DNA from: a virus
Lineage: Duplodnaviria; Caudoviricetes
Strand: one strand, 5' to 3'
Virus record (IMG/VR): IMGVR_UViG_3300017960_000020
Span: 1 to 51,518 of that record
DNA: 51,518 nucleotides
This document shows positions 33,501-42,507 of the stretch, piece by piece. The position numbers and the translations under genes are program-made. The notes below the pieces were generated by a model, which was not told the origin of the DNA, did no database searches, and saw only the letters and a program-made list of their open reading frames with translations. Position 1 is the first letter of the stretch; each line of letters begins with the position of its first letter.

Positions 33501-34293
33501 GCTGCGGCGGGTCAACGCCAACGGGGACGAGTTCACCCTGGCCACGGCGACGGGTCTGGGGCTCTCGATCGGGACCGCGTTCACGATGGAGCTCGACGTA
33601 TTCGACGCCTTCTCCACCGGCGAGGACGGCCCCGTGGCCCTGATAGCCAAGATCGACGGGTCCGAGCCCACCTGGGTCATCGAGGCCGCCGTGGCCAACC
33701 AAGTGCAGGCCTACACCGACGGCAACGGAGACGACGGGATCCTGGACTTCGGCAGCTTCCGCCTGACCTCCGGGCCTCGAGAGGGGCTGTTCGCGCGCCC
33801 GGTGCCCGGCTCCCCCAGCACGGTGGCGCTGCTGTCCTACACCCAGGGCGTGCTCCAGACCGGCGGAGGCCCGCCCCCGTCCGAGTCCGTGCCCTCGATC
33901 GCCTGGGAGGACGCCACCGCGGGCGCATCGGGGACGCTGACCGTCCCGGTTTCCTTCGAGGTCAAGTACAGCGACGGCCTGCCGCTGCTCCAGGCCCGGA
34001 TGACCAGCGGGCGCCGGAGGGCCAGCGCCATCCAGCCCGTGGCGCCCCAGCGCTTCGCGTTCGCCGGCGTCGCCAGCCAGTCCGAGAAGGATGCGCTGGA
34101 GACCTTCTTCGACGAGCACGGTACGCAGGTCCCGTTCTCCTGGGATCCGACGGAGATCGCCGAGGGCTTTGAGACCGGCACCTACCGGCTCGTCCGGGGC
34201 TCCTGGCGGTTCGAGCGGCTCCGCAGCCGCGGCGCTGAGGCCTTCTACCGTGTGGAGTTCTCGCTGATGGAGGCGCTGACCGATGGCGCTTGA
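30571..34293 (+). CDS. Large tail protein: lectin-like and glycoside-hydrolase-like domains plus a C-terminal gpM/Dit-like domain
   Basis: FRFMDF, LANKMQVNPWFNLP, IYLERGNEQW and LVAYEWGQ (TIM-barrel glycosidase-like NE/YE pair). C-terminal LETFFDEHGTQVPFSWDP. Occupies the gpM position. Confidence 0.7.
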   Translation: MSLPQDRTFDDPTNAAVWGPYQQLYPGARFGTGADDARLPREGRICKLPDGIGGKGVVFDSRDSSATVAACFPRLDASLSDAQVSAWMRFQRIQGEASSKQFNRCGVFARGDAAGIVGAESPDPYVALTNVDAYAFALEPQSQPGTFKWKLERWDAAGSVVDLAETAVMRQYQQTLHKPMGMRLQFSNDTGSAVTIKAQVKDTAYLEPVEAQDGGGPGNPGNSPLGVNSAFLKDYSTLAALYRANLMHGAREWVTQDIGVNDLVEKGHPKDLKANGLPNSIPTVATTLGTVLFRDVLTAGVDSTPLPTYRAGRYVVEWKGGLVELDTSGTYDVSQTFGVSTLPDGGRRLEFDVPTPSSAGIYLRITTVDAGGMDYLRVFYKDDEPTLATEPWDTDALKDFTEYFSCFRFMDFLEANRNEQETEADLLPDDYLFWSGDNGMPFFWQIELANKMQVNPWFNLPVKLNSAGRQAVLTQIRDGVDPGLEIYLERGNEQWLGQHFAVPVSGQPDAYFPGTSLVPGPFSFEFANDVSPHPTEAGAVQLGPGALDPNPYTAAYIGMGILAQQMFDDVNVVFQGQLDRVVRVAGSQFANAFVSEKVLENAPDADALAVAFYVPGTPGSTNYAPSIADIFTTLRSEFPTVRSRIQAQKAEADSKGVRLVAYEWGQQLICSPADLVKMMQVQADPLMEGFIEDLYQIWLEENGTELAVFFHSHQKGTTDGQYGFRRYPGQPQSECPKARALASIAEDQSNVGSSEAVALAVDAEASISKDVGFKGQKLVTPKVWKTVMEITVSGADYVAGGDAFGIFGDVAQTQAITGGLDKIWAAACSRLLVERNNDPSTIYFDDRFGGRVDSLCGRRTLDGLGSCFDYGSEFSGDLAGYGLALASNPYQLGYSSLEGGYVTASSNARGWEIYQRLADSPKSQHRLASVKITGGSSGAAVGLVQRVSVDTAAAGAEVPISGYQFLVVYNGTTAEAQLRRVNANGDEFTLATATGLGLSIGTAFTMELDVFDAFSTGEDGPVALIAKIDGSEPTWVIEAAVANQVQAYTDGNGDDGILDFGSFRLTSGPREGLFARPVPGSPSTVALLSYTQGVLQTGGGPPPSESVPSIAWEDATAGASGTLTVPVSFEVKYSDGLPLLQARMTSGRRRASAIQPVAPQRFAFAGVASQSEKDALETFFDEHGTQVPFSWDPTEIAEGFETGTYRLVRGSWRFERLRSRGAEAFYRVEFSLMEALTDGA

Positions 34294-34969
34294 TCTCGGC
34301 ACGGCCGTCGAGCAGGCCAACCGGCTGGCCCAGGGCGACCCCTGGGGCTGGCTGATCTACCTGGAGTCCACCAACCCGGACAGCGGCGCCAAGGAGGCGC
34401 TCCGGCTCACCACGTTCAACCAGGCGGTGACCTTCGGGTCCGATGAGGTCTTGGGCGCGCTCACCTGGAGCCCGGCTCCGATCACCGTGGGGACCGTCCG
34501 GGACCAGTCCGACGGGTCGCTACCCAAGGTCCAGATCACCGTGGCCAACGTCCGGTCCGAGCTGATGGGCCTGCTGTTCGACCGCGAGTGGCTCGAGGGC
34601 GAGCGCGCCGAGCTAATCCTGGTCAACCTGGCGACCATCGACGACCCCGAAGCCGCCCTGCGGCTGCCCACCGAGATCGACGAGGTCGCCGCCGACGAGC
34701 GCGTGGTCTCGGTCACCCTCTCCTCGGACCAACTCTACGAGGTCACCGCCCCCCTGGTGGACGTGACCGAGGACGGCTGCCGCCACGCCTACGGCGGCGA
34801 GGTCTGCCAGTTCCCGATCGACGAGCTCGACCCGGGCCAGGCCATCCTGGGACCTTGCCTCAAGCGGGTCGTGGACTGCCGCGCGCGGCGGGATCTGGCG
34901 GTCGCCGAGGGCTACACACCCATCCTCTGGCCGCGTCGGTTCGGCGCCTACCCGGGGGCCTCGGCATGA
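34283..34969 (+). CDS. Minor tail protein, lambda gpL-like
   Basis: SLPKVQITVANV and four C-terminal Cys (CRHAYGGEVC...CLKRVVDC...RFGAYPG). Confidence 0.85.
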   Translation: MALDLGTAVEQANRLAQGDPWGWLIYLESTNPDSGAKEALRLTTFNQAVTFGSDEVLGALTWSPAPITVGTVRDQSDGSLPKVQITVANVRSELMGLLFDREWLEGERAELILVNLATIDDPEAALRLPTEIDEVAADERVVSVTLSSDQLYEVTAPLVDVTEDGCRHAYGGEVCQFPIDELDPGQAILGPCLKRVVDCRARRDLAVAEGYTPILWPRRFGAYPGASA

Positions 34970-35379
34970 ACCACGCGGACCTGATCGGCGTGAAGTACAC
35001 CGCCGGCGGCATGAGCCCCGAGGAGGGCTTCGACTGCCGCACCCTGGTCGCCTGGTGGCTGCGGGAGCGCCTCGGAGTGGACCTCCCACCGCATCCGTTC
35101 TGGGACCAGCTGGACCTGGAGACGGCCGACGGCTCGTTCGACGGGTTCACCGACCTGCGCGAGGTGCTCGAGGAAGTCCCCTGCGGCGACCTGGAGCGGC
35201 CGCAGCTGGGGTGGATCCTGGAGCTGCCCCGGATCGGCCGCGGGAAGCTGCGCCACCTGGCCGTGGCTGTCGAGGAGCGCCCGGGGCGCTACCTGTCCAC
35301 GCGCCTGGGGTCCGGGGTCTTTGTGGCCGCGGCCCACAAGTTCGTCGCCCCGCTGCGGGTCTGGAGGGTTAAGCCGTGA
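34966..35379 (+). CDS. NlpC/P60 tail assembly protein (gpK-like)
   Basis: LIGVKYTAGG...GFDCRTLV...HLAV; ATGA overlap. Confidence 0.85.
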   Translation: MNHADLIGVKYTAGGMSPEEGFDCRTLVAWWLRERLGVDLPPHPFWDQLDLETADGSFDGFTDLREVLEEVPCGDLERPQLGWILELPRIGRGKLRHLAVAVEERPGRYLSTRLGSGVFVAAAHKFVAPLRVWRVKP

Positions 35380-38300
35380 CCGAGCTGTGCCAGATCCACG
35401 TCCACCGGCTGACGGACTGGACCGATCCCGTGGGCTCGCGCGAGAGCCAGGACGTCGAGTTCTATGAGCGGTGCACGGCGCGCGGGGTCCTGGAAGACCT
35501 CGAGGTCGATCCCGAGGCCGCGACGGTCTGGGTGAACTCGGCCCTGTTGCCGGCCGGCGAGGACCGGAGGTTGGCGCCTGGGGATCACCTGACGTTCGCG
35601 GAACTGCCGGCCGAACCGTTTAGTGGCACACTTGTAGCGCAGGCCCTTACCGTCTCGAACGTCGCGGGCGCCATCTTCGCAGGCGCCGCGATCTTCGGCG
35701 TGAGCCGTGTGATCTCTGGCATCTACGGCGCCACGGAAGATCCGGTCGCCCAAGAGGACTTCTCCAGCCAGACCTACAGCTGGGGCGGCATCCGCACGGC
35801 GTACCAAGCCGCGGGCCTCAAACTCCCCCTGTGCATCGGAGACGTGCGCACCGGCGGCGTGGTGATCCAGCGGTCCGTCGAGGTCATCGAGACCGAGGGG
35901 AAGCCCAAGTCGATCCTATACCTCCTGATCGCGCTCTCCGGCGGCCCGGTCCGTTCGGTGGCGGGCTTCACCGAGGACCGAGACGACCTCCAAGCCGAAG
36001 ACCTCACCGGGGTCTACATCAACGGCAACCCCGCATCCAACTACGAGGGGGTCACGGGGTTCGTGCGCCTCGGCACGATCGAGCAAGAGCCGGTCCCCGG
36101 GTTCGACCGGATCGAGGTGCTCGAGCAGGTGGATCTGCCCATCACGAACGAGGACCCCGCGGTCACGGACTGGAGCGAGGCCGCCACGTACGACCTCCTC
36201 TCGGAGGCCCAAGCCGCGCGCCTGACGCTGGAGTTCACCCAGGGGCTGTTCGAGGTGTCCCAAAGCACTGGCATCCAGAAGTCGAACAGCGTGCTCTTCG
36301 ACATCCGGTACCGGACCCTGGACGCGCTGGGCAACACCACCTCGGACTGGCTGGAGGACCCGCGCAACCCGCTGATCGTCACCGCGGCCACCCAGCAGGC
36401 GTTCCAGCACCAGATCCCGGTCACCTTCGCCACGCCCGGCGTCTACACGCCTCCGACCACGGGGCAGTCGGTCGTCCTGGGCGGCACGGACACCCACCTG
36501 CGAGTCGCAACGCAGTCCATCAGCCTGACCGCGCCGTTCCAGCAGTGGGGCCCCAACACGGCGCCCGAGCAACTGACCTGCGCGGGGTGGCTGTTCATCC
36601 AGTCCGATCAAACCACCGCCGGCAACCTCTTCGTCGGCTGGAGCCTGGGCGACCCGGACAACACGCTGGCCTCTCTGGCGGGCTTCCATGTCCGCTCGGT
36701 CGAGTCCGGCGCCGATGCGCGGATCCTCGCCGAGTTCGGCAACACGGGCTCCCGGCAGATCTTGGGGGGTAACCTCCAAGAAGCCGGCATCGTTCCGAGC
36801 TCCAAGTGGGCGCACTTCGCGTTCACCTACCAGCGCGACGCCCAAGCCGGCGGTATCAACCGAGCCCGGCTGTACGTCAACGGCGCCCTCGTCGATGAGT
36901 TGCTCACGGTCACCGAGGTTCAGTTCCCCTCGGGCCTCACGCCGCGATTCCGGGTCGGCACGGTGGATGGCAAGCTCACCGAGGCCAACGAGCAGAGCCG
37001 GTGGGACGACCTGGCGCTCTGGGAGCGGGAGTTGACTCCTGCTGAGATCTCCCAGTTGTGGAGCGGCGGGCTCGCTCAGGCGGTGTCCAGTGGTTCGCCC
37101 GGGCTCGCCGCGCTCTGGCGCTTCAACGGCGACCTCACGGACGAGACTGGCAACGGGAATACGCTCGAGAACGCGGGCCCCGGAGCCGCGCCCAGCTACT
37201 CGTCGGGCGTCACGGCGCTCGGGCAGGACCCGACGCCCCAAGACGCCTCCCGCTACCGCATCGAGATCCAGCGCCGCTCGACCCCATCGGATGACCCGCT
37301 GATCCGCGACGAGGTCCGCTGGGAGAACGTCGTGGGCATCACCTACGACGAGTTGGCCTACCCCGAAACCGCGCTGCTGGGCCTGCACATCGACGCCAGC
37401 GAGCAGCTCTCCGGGGGTCAGCCCACGGTCCTGACGGACGTCGAGGGCCGCCCTGGGCTGCGCTACGACACGGGCTCTGGCAGCTGGATCGAGGACTTCT
37501 CCGCCCGCCGAAACCCCGCCTGGGCGCTCGCGCGCTACCTGACGGATCGGCGCTTCGCCCTGGGCCGCTTCTTCGACTCGTCCGACCTCAACGGCCCCTC
37601 TTTCGCCGAGTGGGCGGACTACTGCGACGAGCTTCTCCGAGACCAGCGGGGGCGCGCGGACGTGGCCAGCGTGGCGGCGATCACGTACGAGTCCGCCGAG
37701 ACCTTGGAGATCCGGTTCAACGCCCAACCGCCAAGCCACTGGGTCACGGGGACCCGGCTTCGGATCGTTGAGTTGTCCGGCGTCACCGGCGCGACGGTCT
37801 CCCAGGTTGTGCTGCTCTCGAACCTGACCTCCAACCTCGCCGCGGCCGCGCTGATCATCCCGGTCTACCAGGACAGTTCGACCGCCGAGTGGGTGGCGCT
37901 GTTCTCCTGGACGGACACCCTGGGCGCCAACTGGTCCGCGGTGAACTCCGACGGCCCCTACGACGCCGAGGCGGACGGGGCCACCGTGAAGCTCGAGGGC
38001 GTCGAGGAGCGGCACCAGATCGACATGGTCCTGGACGGCCGCGGCGTGAAAGGCTGGGACGGCGCACTCCAGATCGGAAAGGTCGGGCGCGGGACGCCGG
38101 TTCGGATCGGCTCTAAGGTCCGCGCCAAGGTCTCCCGGCCCCGGAGCCCGAGCCAGCTGTTCAACGCGGACTCGATCGTCCAGGGCTCGTTCAAGCTGCG
38201 CCGGGTCCCCACGGCCCAGACCTTCAACCGGGCGGTCGGCGAGATCCTCGACCGGACCAAGAACTGGGAGCGCAACCCGATCCCGGTCGACCATCCCGAG

Positions 38301-40166
38301 CTGGACAACGACCCCACCGGGGACGTGCGGGTCCGGGCCACCACGATCGAGCTGCGGGGGGTCACCCGGCCCTCGGCGGCCCGTCGGGAGCTGACGTTCC
38401 TGCTCAACGCCTGGAAGCTCCTGCGGCTGTTCTGCGAGTTCGAGGCCTTCCACGACGCGGTCACCGTCGAGTCCGGCGACGTGGTCCTGGTCGAGCACCC
38501 GATGCCGCAGTTCGGCTTCGGCGGCATCGTCCAGGCGGACGCGAGCGGCACCGGCGGGACCACCATCGACAAGCCGATCACGCTGGCCTCGGGCGAGACC
38601 TACGAGATCGTCGTCAAGGACCAGCAGAGCAACCAGCTGGCCTTCGCCGCGGTCACGGCGCCGGCCGGGGACTACACCGCCGGCACCGCGATCGGGCACG
38701 GGGCTCTGACGGTCCAGGGCTCCACGGACACCTACCAGCCGCGCGCGGGCGACCTGTGGGCCATTGGGCGCCTGGAGAAGGCGGTCCGCCAGTTCGAGGT
38801 GCTGGAGATCAGCGTGGACCCCCAGACCTTCAACCGTCGGATCCAGTGCTTGGAGTACGACGCGGGGGTCTACGCCGAGGGCACGTTCCCGGACGCGCCC
38901 GAGGACCCGGGCACCGAGCTGTCCGCGCCCCCGCTCGACGGCGCCCAGGCCCCGGAGATCCAGGCTCTGACGGTCACGGACTCGACCTCGGTCGGCCCCG
39001 GCGGCACGGTCGTCCCCAGCGTGTCGGTCTCCTGGAAGTACCCAAGCGGGTCGATCCTGGACTCCGGCCGGGTCGAGATCTGGGCGCGGGGAATCGAAGA
39101 CCGGCAGAACGCGACTCCCGTGCTGCTCCAGGTGGCCCCCACCGAGGCCAGCTCGACCATCGTCGCGAGCCCGTACCTGGAGCCCGGGGAGGCCTACGAG
39201 TTCATCGTGCGCCCGGTCAGTTCCACCGGCGAGCGCTCTCCCCTGCGCCTGGCGCGGCGCGCGCGGATCACCTTCGGCGGACAGGTCCCCTCCCCTCCGG
39301 CCCCCGGCTCCCTGGCGGTCCGCCCCCAGGCGGACGAGGTGGTCTACGCGGTCGGCGGGGACCGCTCGAGCTCGAACGTCGAGATCCGGCGCGGCCGCGG
39401 GTGGTTGATGGCGGACATCGTCGCGGTGGTCTCGGGCGGAACCGAGGAGAGCCAGCCCACCCGGAACTTCGTCCTGGCCCCCACGTCGGCGGGTGGCAAG
39501 GCCGAGCCCACGCTGCGCGCGCGCTACCTATACGGCCGCGGCGCGGTCTCCCAGGAGGTCTCGGTCGCCCCGGCGGTCGGCGCTGACCTGGGCTTCGACA
39601 CGGCCCTGGTGTCCGTCAGCGTCGAGGACCAGGGCTCCGACTTCCTCACCGGCGCCGCCGCGGTCTCCGGCCTCGAGGTCGGCTCCGACGACGGGGAGCC
39701 CATCCTGCGCTTCCCTGACGCCACCAGCGGGGCCGCGACCGGCACCTACACCTCCCAGGTGTTCGACGCCGGTGAAGTCCGCACGATGCACGTCTCGGCC
39801 TCCCTGGACGCCCTTCAGCTTCACCCGCTGGCCTTTGGGCGCTGGCCGGTGCTGCTGGGCTCGCGGCGCGGAGCGAACTGGGACGCCTATGAGGGCCCCT
39901 TGGACCCGGCGGACCCCTACTACGGCGTCATCACCCGGCAGACCGAGATCCGGTTCTCGGATACCGCCGACCCGACGGGGGCCACCTGGCGGCCTTACCG
40001 GCCGGGCCAGTACCGCCTGCGGAGCTTCCAGCTGCGATACACCTTCACCCGCCCCGCGGGCTTCAACGGTCTGGACTTCAACTTCAAGGCCGACCGCCTG
40101 GCGGTCCAGGCCAACCCGGTCACCCCGGGGGAGCTGCCTGACGTGATCGACGGGGGCACCTTCTGA
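35376..40166 (+). CDS. Tail tip protein (gpI-like ubiquitin fold + gpJ-like hub) with LamG insertion and FN3-like region
   Basis: VWVNSALL...LAPGDHL; LAYPETALLGL; NPAWAL; WADYCDEL; LamG motifs WAHFAFTY...LYVNG...DDLALWERELTPAEI. Confidence 0.9.
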   Translation: MTELCQIHVHRLTDWTDPVGSRESQDVEFYERCTARGVLEDLEVDPEAATVWVNSALLPAGEDRRLAPGDHLTFAELPAEPFSGTLVAQALTVSNVAGAIFAGAAIFGVSRVISGIYGATEDPVAQEDFSSQTYSWGGIRTAYQAAGLKLPLCIGDVRTGGVVIQRSVEVIETEGKPKSILYLLIALSGGPVRSVAGFTEDRDDLQAEDLTGVYINGNPASNYEGVTGFVRLGTIEQEPVPGFDRIEVLEQVDLPITNEDPAVTDWSEAATYDLLSEAQAARLTLEFTQGLFEVSQSTGIQKSNSVLFDIRYRTLDALGNTTSDWLEDPRNPLIVTAATQQAFQHQIPVTFATPGVYTPPTTGQSVVLGGTDTHLRVATQSISLTAPFQQWGPNTAPEQLTCAGWLFIQSDQTTAGNLFVGWSLGDPDNTLASLAGFHVRSVESGADARILAEFGNTGSRQILGGNLQEAGIVPSSKWAHFAFTYQRDAQAGGINRARLYVNGALVDELLTVTEVQFPSGLTPRFRVGTVDGKLTEANEQSRWDDLALWERELTPAEISQLWSGGLAQAVSSGSPGLAALWRFNGDLTDETGNGNTLENAGPGAAPSYSSGVTALGQDPTPQDASRYRIEIQRRSTPSDDPLIRDEVRWENVVGITYDELAYPETALLGLHIDASEQLSGGQPTVLTDVEGRPGLRYDTGSGSWIEDFSARRNPAWALARYLTDRRFALGRFFDSSDLNGPSFAEWADYCDELLRDQRGRADVASVAAITYESAETLEIRFNAQPPSHWVTGTRLRIVELSGVTGATVSQVVLLSNLTSNLAAAALIIPVYQDSSTAEWVALFSWTDTLGANWSAVNSDGPYDAEADGATVKLEGVEERHQIDMVLDGRGVKGWDGALQIGKVGRGTPVRIGSKVRAKVSRPRSPSQLFNADSIVQGSFKLRRVPTAQTFNRAVGEILDRTKNWERNPIPVDHPELDNDPTGDVRVRATTIELRGVTRPSAARRELTFLLNAWKLLRLFCEFEAFHDAVTVESGDVVLVEHPMPQFGFGGIVQADASGTGGTTIDKPITLASGETYEIVVKDQQSNQLAFAAVTAPAGDYTAGTAIGHGALTVQGSTDTYQPRAGDLWAIGRLEKAVRQFEVLEISVDPQTFNRRIQCLEYDAGVYAEGTFPDAPEDPGTELSAPPLDGAQAPEIQALTVTDSTSVGPGGTVVPSVSVSWKYPSGSILDSGRVEIWARGIEDRQNATPVLLQVAPTEASSTIVASPYLEPGEAYEFIVRPVSSTGERSPLRLARRARITFGGQVPSPPAPGSLAVRPQADEVVYAVGGDRSSSNVEIRRGRGWLMADIVAVVSGGTEESQPTRNFVLAPTSAGGKAEPTLRARYLYGRGAVSQEVSVAPAVGADLGFDTALVSVSVEDQGSDFLTGAAAVSGLEVGSDDGEPILRFPDATSGAATGTYTSQVFDAGEVRTMHVSASLDALQLHPLAFGRWPVLLGSRRGANWDAYEGPLDPADPYYGVITRQTEIRFSDTADPTGATWRPYRPGQYRLRSFQLRYTFTRPAGFNGLDFNFKADRLAVQANPVTPGELPDVIDGGTF

Positions 40167-40849
40167 TGGGCGTCGAACGCATCGTCATCCGCCGCGGCGT
40201 CGAAGCGGACCGCGGGAGCTTCACCCCCGAAGAGGGGGAGCTGCTCGTCACCACGGACCGCAGCGAGTTGTTCGTGGGCGACGGCTCGACGGCCGGCGGC
40301 GTCAAGCTGGGGCCGATCCCGTCGGCGCCGGCCCCGCGCGCGCCCTGGTACTACTACGCCAGCTGCCAGTCCACGGTGGCGACCACCGCGGCGGTCAGCC
40401 CGAACGCGGCGATCTACCAGCCCTGGTACGTCTCCAGCAAGATCAGCCTGGACCGCATCGGGGTCTACTGCACCAGCGCCGGCACGGCCTCCCACAAGGT
40501 GCGCGTCGGACTCTACGACACGGCGCCGGACGGCCAGGTTCCCCAAGACCTGATCGTCAACTCCGGCGAGTTGATCTGCAACACGACCGGCCGCATCCAA
40601 GCGACCATCGCGGTCACACTGGAGCCGGGGCTGTACTGGACCTGCATCCTGGGCAACAACGCCACGCCGGCGTTCTCGGCCCAGAACTTCCTGGGCACGA
40701 TCCCTCAGCTCGGCAACGCGGCGGGGACCGTCACGTTCCCCAACACCTACTTCCAGGTTGCGCTCTACGCATCCGGCCTCCCCTCACGCGCGGCCGTCCT
40801 GAGCAGTCTGGCGGCCAACGCACCCCTGGTGGAGATGAGGGCGGCATGA
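40166..40849 (+). CDS. Tail fibre / receptor-binding-like protein
   Basis: N-terminal IRRG...PEEGEL..TTD...LFVGDG (Mtd/hyaluronidase N-terminal-type motif). Confidence 0.7.
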   Translation: MGVERIVIRRGVEADRGSFTPEEGELLVTTDRSELFVGDGSTAGGVKLGPIPSAPAPRAPWYYYASCQSTVATTAAVSPNAAIYQPWYVSSKISLDRIGVYCTSAGTASHKVRVGLYDTAPDGQVPQDLIVNSGELICNTTGRIQATIAVTLEPGLYWTCILGNNATPAFSAQNFLGTIPQLGNAAGTVTFPNTYFQVALYASGLPSRAAVLSSLAANAPLVEMRAA

Positions 40850-41286
40850 GCAGTCCCCGCAACGTCACCCAGCAGGTCCAGCTGCCCGGCGGAGGAACCG
40901 CGGCGCTGACGGTCCAGATCGGGGTCCCGAACAACCCGCCCGCCGAGGGGGAGTTCGCCGACGAGTCGATCACGCTCGAGCAAGCCAAGGCGGTCCTGGT
41001 CGGGCGGATCCGTCTGCGCGCGAAGGAGCTGCTCGAGCCCACCGACTGGATGGCGTCGAGGTTCGCGGACACGCTCGCCAAGCCGGTCCCGACCAACCTC
41101 CAGGCGGCCCGCGGCAACGTGCGCGCGGTGTCGAACCAACTGGAGGCCCAGATCGCCGCGGCGACGACCAAGGCCGAGGTGGCCGCCATCCAGTGGCACG
41201 CCGCCCTCAACGGCGCGGAGACCATCCTCGCCGAGCAGTCCGGTCAGCCGATCACCGGCGAGACCCAGATCCCCGAAGACGCATGA
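40846..41286 (+). CDS. Tail fibre assembly chaperone-like protein
   Basis: LLEPTDW...R..VR...LEAQIAAATT...VAAIQW pattern. Confidence 0.6.
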   Translation: MSSPRNVTQQVQLPGGGTAALTVQIGVPNNPPAEGEFADESITLEQAKAVLVGRIRLRAKELLEPTDWMASRFADTLAKPVPTNLQAARGNVRAVSNQLEAQIAAATTKAEVAAIQWHAALNGAETILAEQSGQPITGETQIPEDA

Positions 41287-41436
41287 CCGAACGCGACCGA
41301 ACCATGCGGACCACCCCGGGCAAGTCCCCCTGGTGGCGCCGCGGCAAGCGCAAGAATCGCGGCCAGCAGCCCGAGGACGAAGAGCGTCAGGGCTACTCGA
41401 ACCGTTCCATGAAAACCCCCAACTCCAAGACCCGAC

Positions 41437-42294
41437 ATGGCACAAGACAACGGCGACCCGGTAATCGCTGAAGGCAGCACCGGACATCAAGCTTTGGCGT
41501 CCGTCAACGCCAGCATGGCCGCAGCGCGCGCGAACCACTCCGGCAGCACGGAGCCCCTGAACCCTGTGGCTTACCAGTGGTGGCTGGACACCGACGCCGA
41601 CGGGCTGAAGGTGCTGAAGCAGCGCGACGCTGCCAACACCGACTGGAACTGGATCTATCCGGTCGAGTCCGGCGCGGGCGCCCCTCTGAACATCGGATAC
41701 CAGCTTTCCGGTGACAGCGACTACAACATGCCGACGCTGGTGGCTGGTGGAAGCGAGAAGGCCCAGCAAGTGCAGGTCTTCGAGATGACGGCCCAGACGG
41801 CTGACCGCACGATCACGCTGCGCGTGTCGGAAGATTCGCTCTACGGCCGCATCCTGATCTTCCGGCCCCACTGGGATGAAGCCGACTACGACGTGATCGT
41901 GACCGGGGGAGCTTCGGACAGCATCGCTGGCCAGCCCACTGGCGGATTCCGTCTGGCGCCTGGCGACGTGATCGAGCTGTATGCGTTCGGCGAGAGCCCG
42001 ACGTGGAACGTGGTGCGCCTGCTGTCGAGCGGCGTCTACACCGTGACCGGCGCTGTCACGTTGAACCGCCACCAGCGCCGCGTCTTCGCCGACGCGACCG
42101 GCGGCGCGTTCTCGGTCACGCTGCCCGACCCCGCGACCGTGAAGGGCGTGGAGTTCGTGGTTAAGAAGACCGATGCCGGCGGCAACGCCGTGACGCTGGC
42201 CTCCTACAACATCGACGGGGCCTCGCGCTCCCTGGCCAGCCAGTACGACTCCGAGCGCTTCATGTCCGACGGAACCGCCTACTTCCGCGTCTGA
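41437..42294 (+). CDS. Tail fibre-like virion protein
   Basis: NHSGSTEP..PVAYQWWLDT...LKQRDAANTDW; C-terminal DATGGAFSVTLP...VKKTD...VT domain. Confidence 0.7.
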   Translation: MAQDNGDPVIAEGSTGHQALASVNASMAAARANHSGSTEPLNPVAYQWWLDTDADGLKVLKQRDAANTDWNWIYPVESGAGAPLNIGYQLSGDSDYNMPTLVAGGSEKAQQVQVFEMTAQTADRTITLRVSEDSLYGRILIFRPHWDEADYDVIVTGGASDSIAGQPTGGFRLAPGDVIELYAFGESPTWNVVRLLSSGVYTVTGAVTLNRHQRRVFADATGGAFSVTLPDPATVKGVEFVVKKTDAGGNAVTLASYNIDGASRSLASQYDSERFMSDGTAYFRV

Positions 42295-42317
42295 TCCGCC
42301 ATTCGCGAACAGCGAAC

Positions 42318-42507
42318 GAGCTGCCCCGCCGTGGACTCTGCGGCGCGTGGAAGGCTGCGGGGCCAGGAGTGGCGCCGCACCGCGGGGAGCAGCTCTAGGG
42401 GTCCGCATCTGCCGAGCGTGCGGACCCCGCCTACACCGACGAGCCCTGGAGGGGTGGCGCGTCGGCTTCGACACCACCACCACCCCGGTCCCCTGACCAC
42501 CCCTCCG
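42318..42507 (+). promoter_or_regulatory. Structured intergenic leader upstream of the putative lysis genes
   Basis: Long stem GAGCTGC/GCAGCTC with inner TGCGGCGC/GCGCCGCA; GGGGTCCGCA/TGCGGACCCC; GGAGGGGTGG 42448-57/CCACCCCTCC 42497-506 ending one base before the ATG. Confidence 0.5.

Noticed and set aside
41283-41471. Small basic ORF between the fibre genes
   Set aside because: It has an ATGA overlap but low-complexity basic sequence and overlaps the next gene; not enough support to call.
40166-42294. Diversity-generating retroelement acting on the Mtd-like fibre
   Set aside because: No reverse transcriptase and no TR/VR repeat pair seen.
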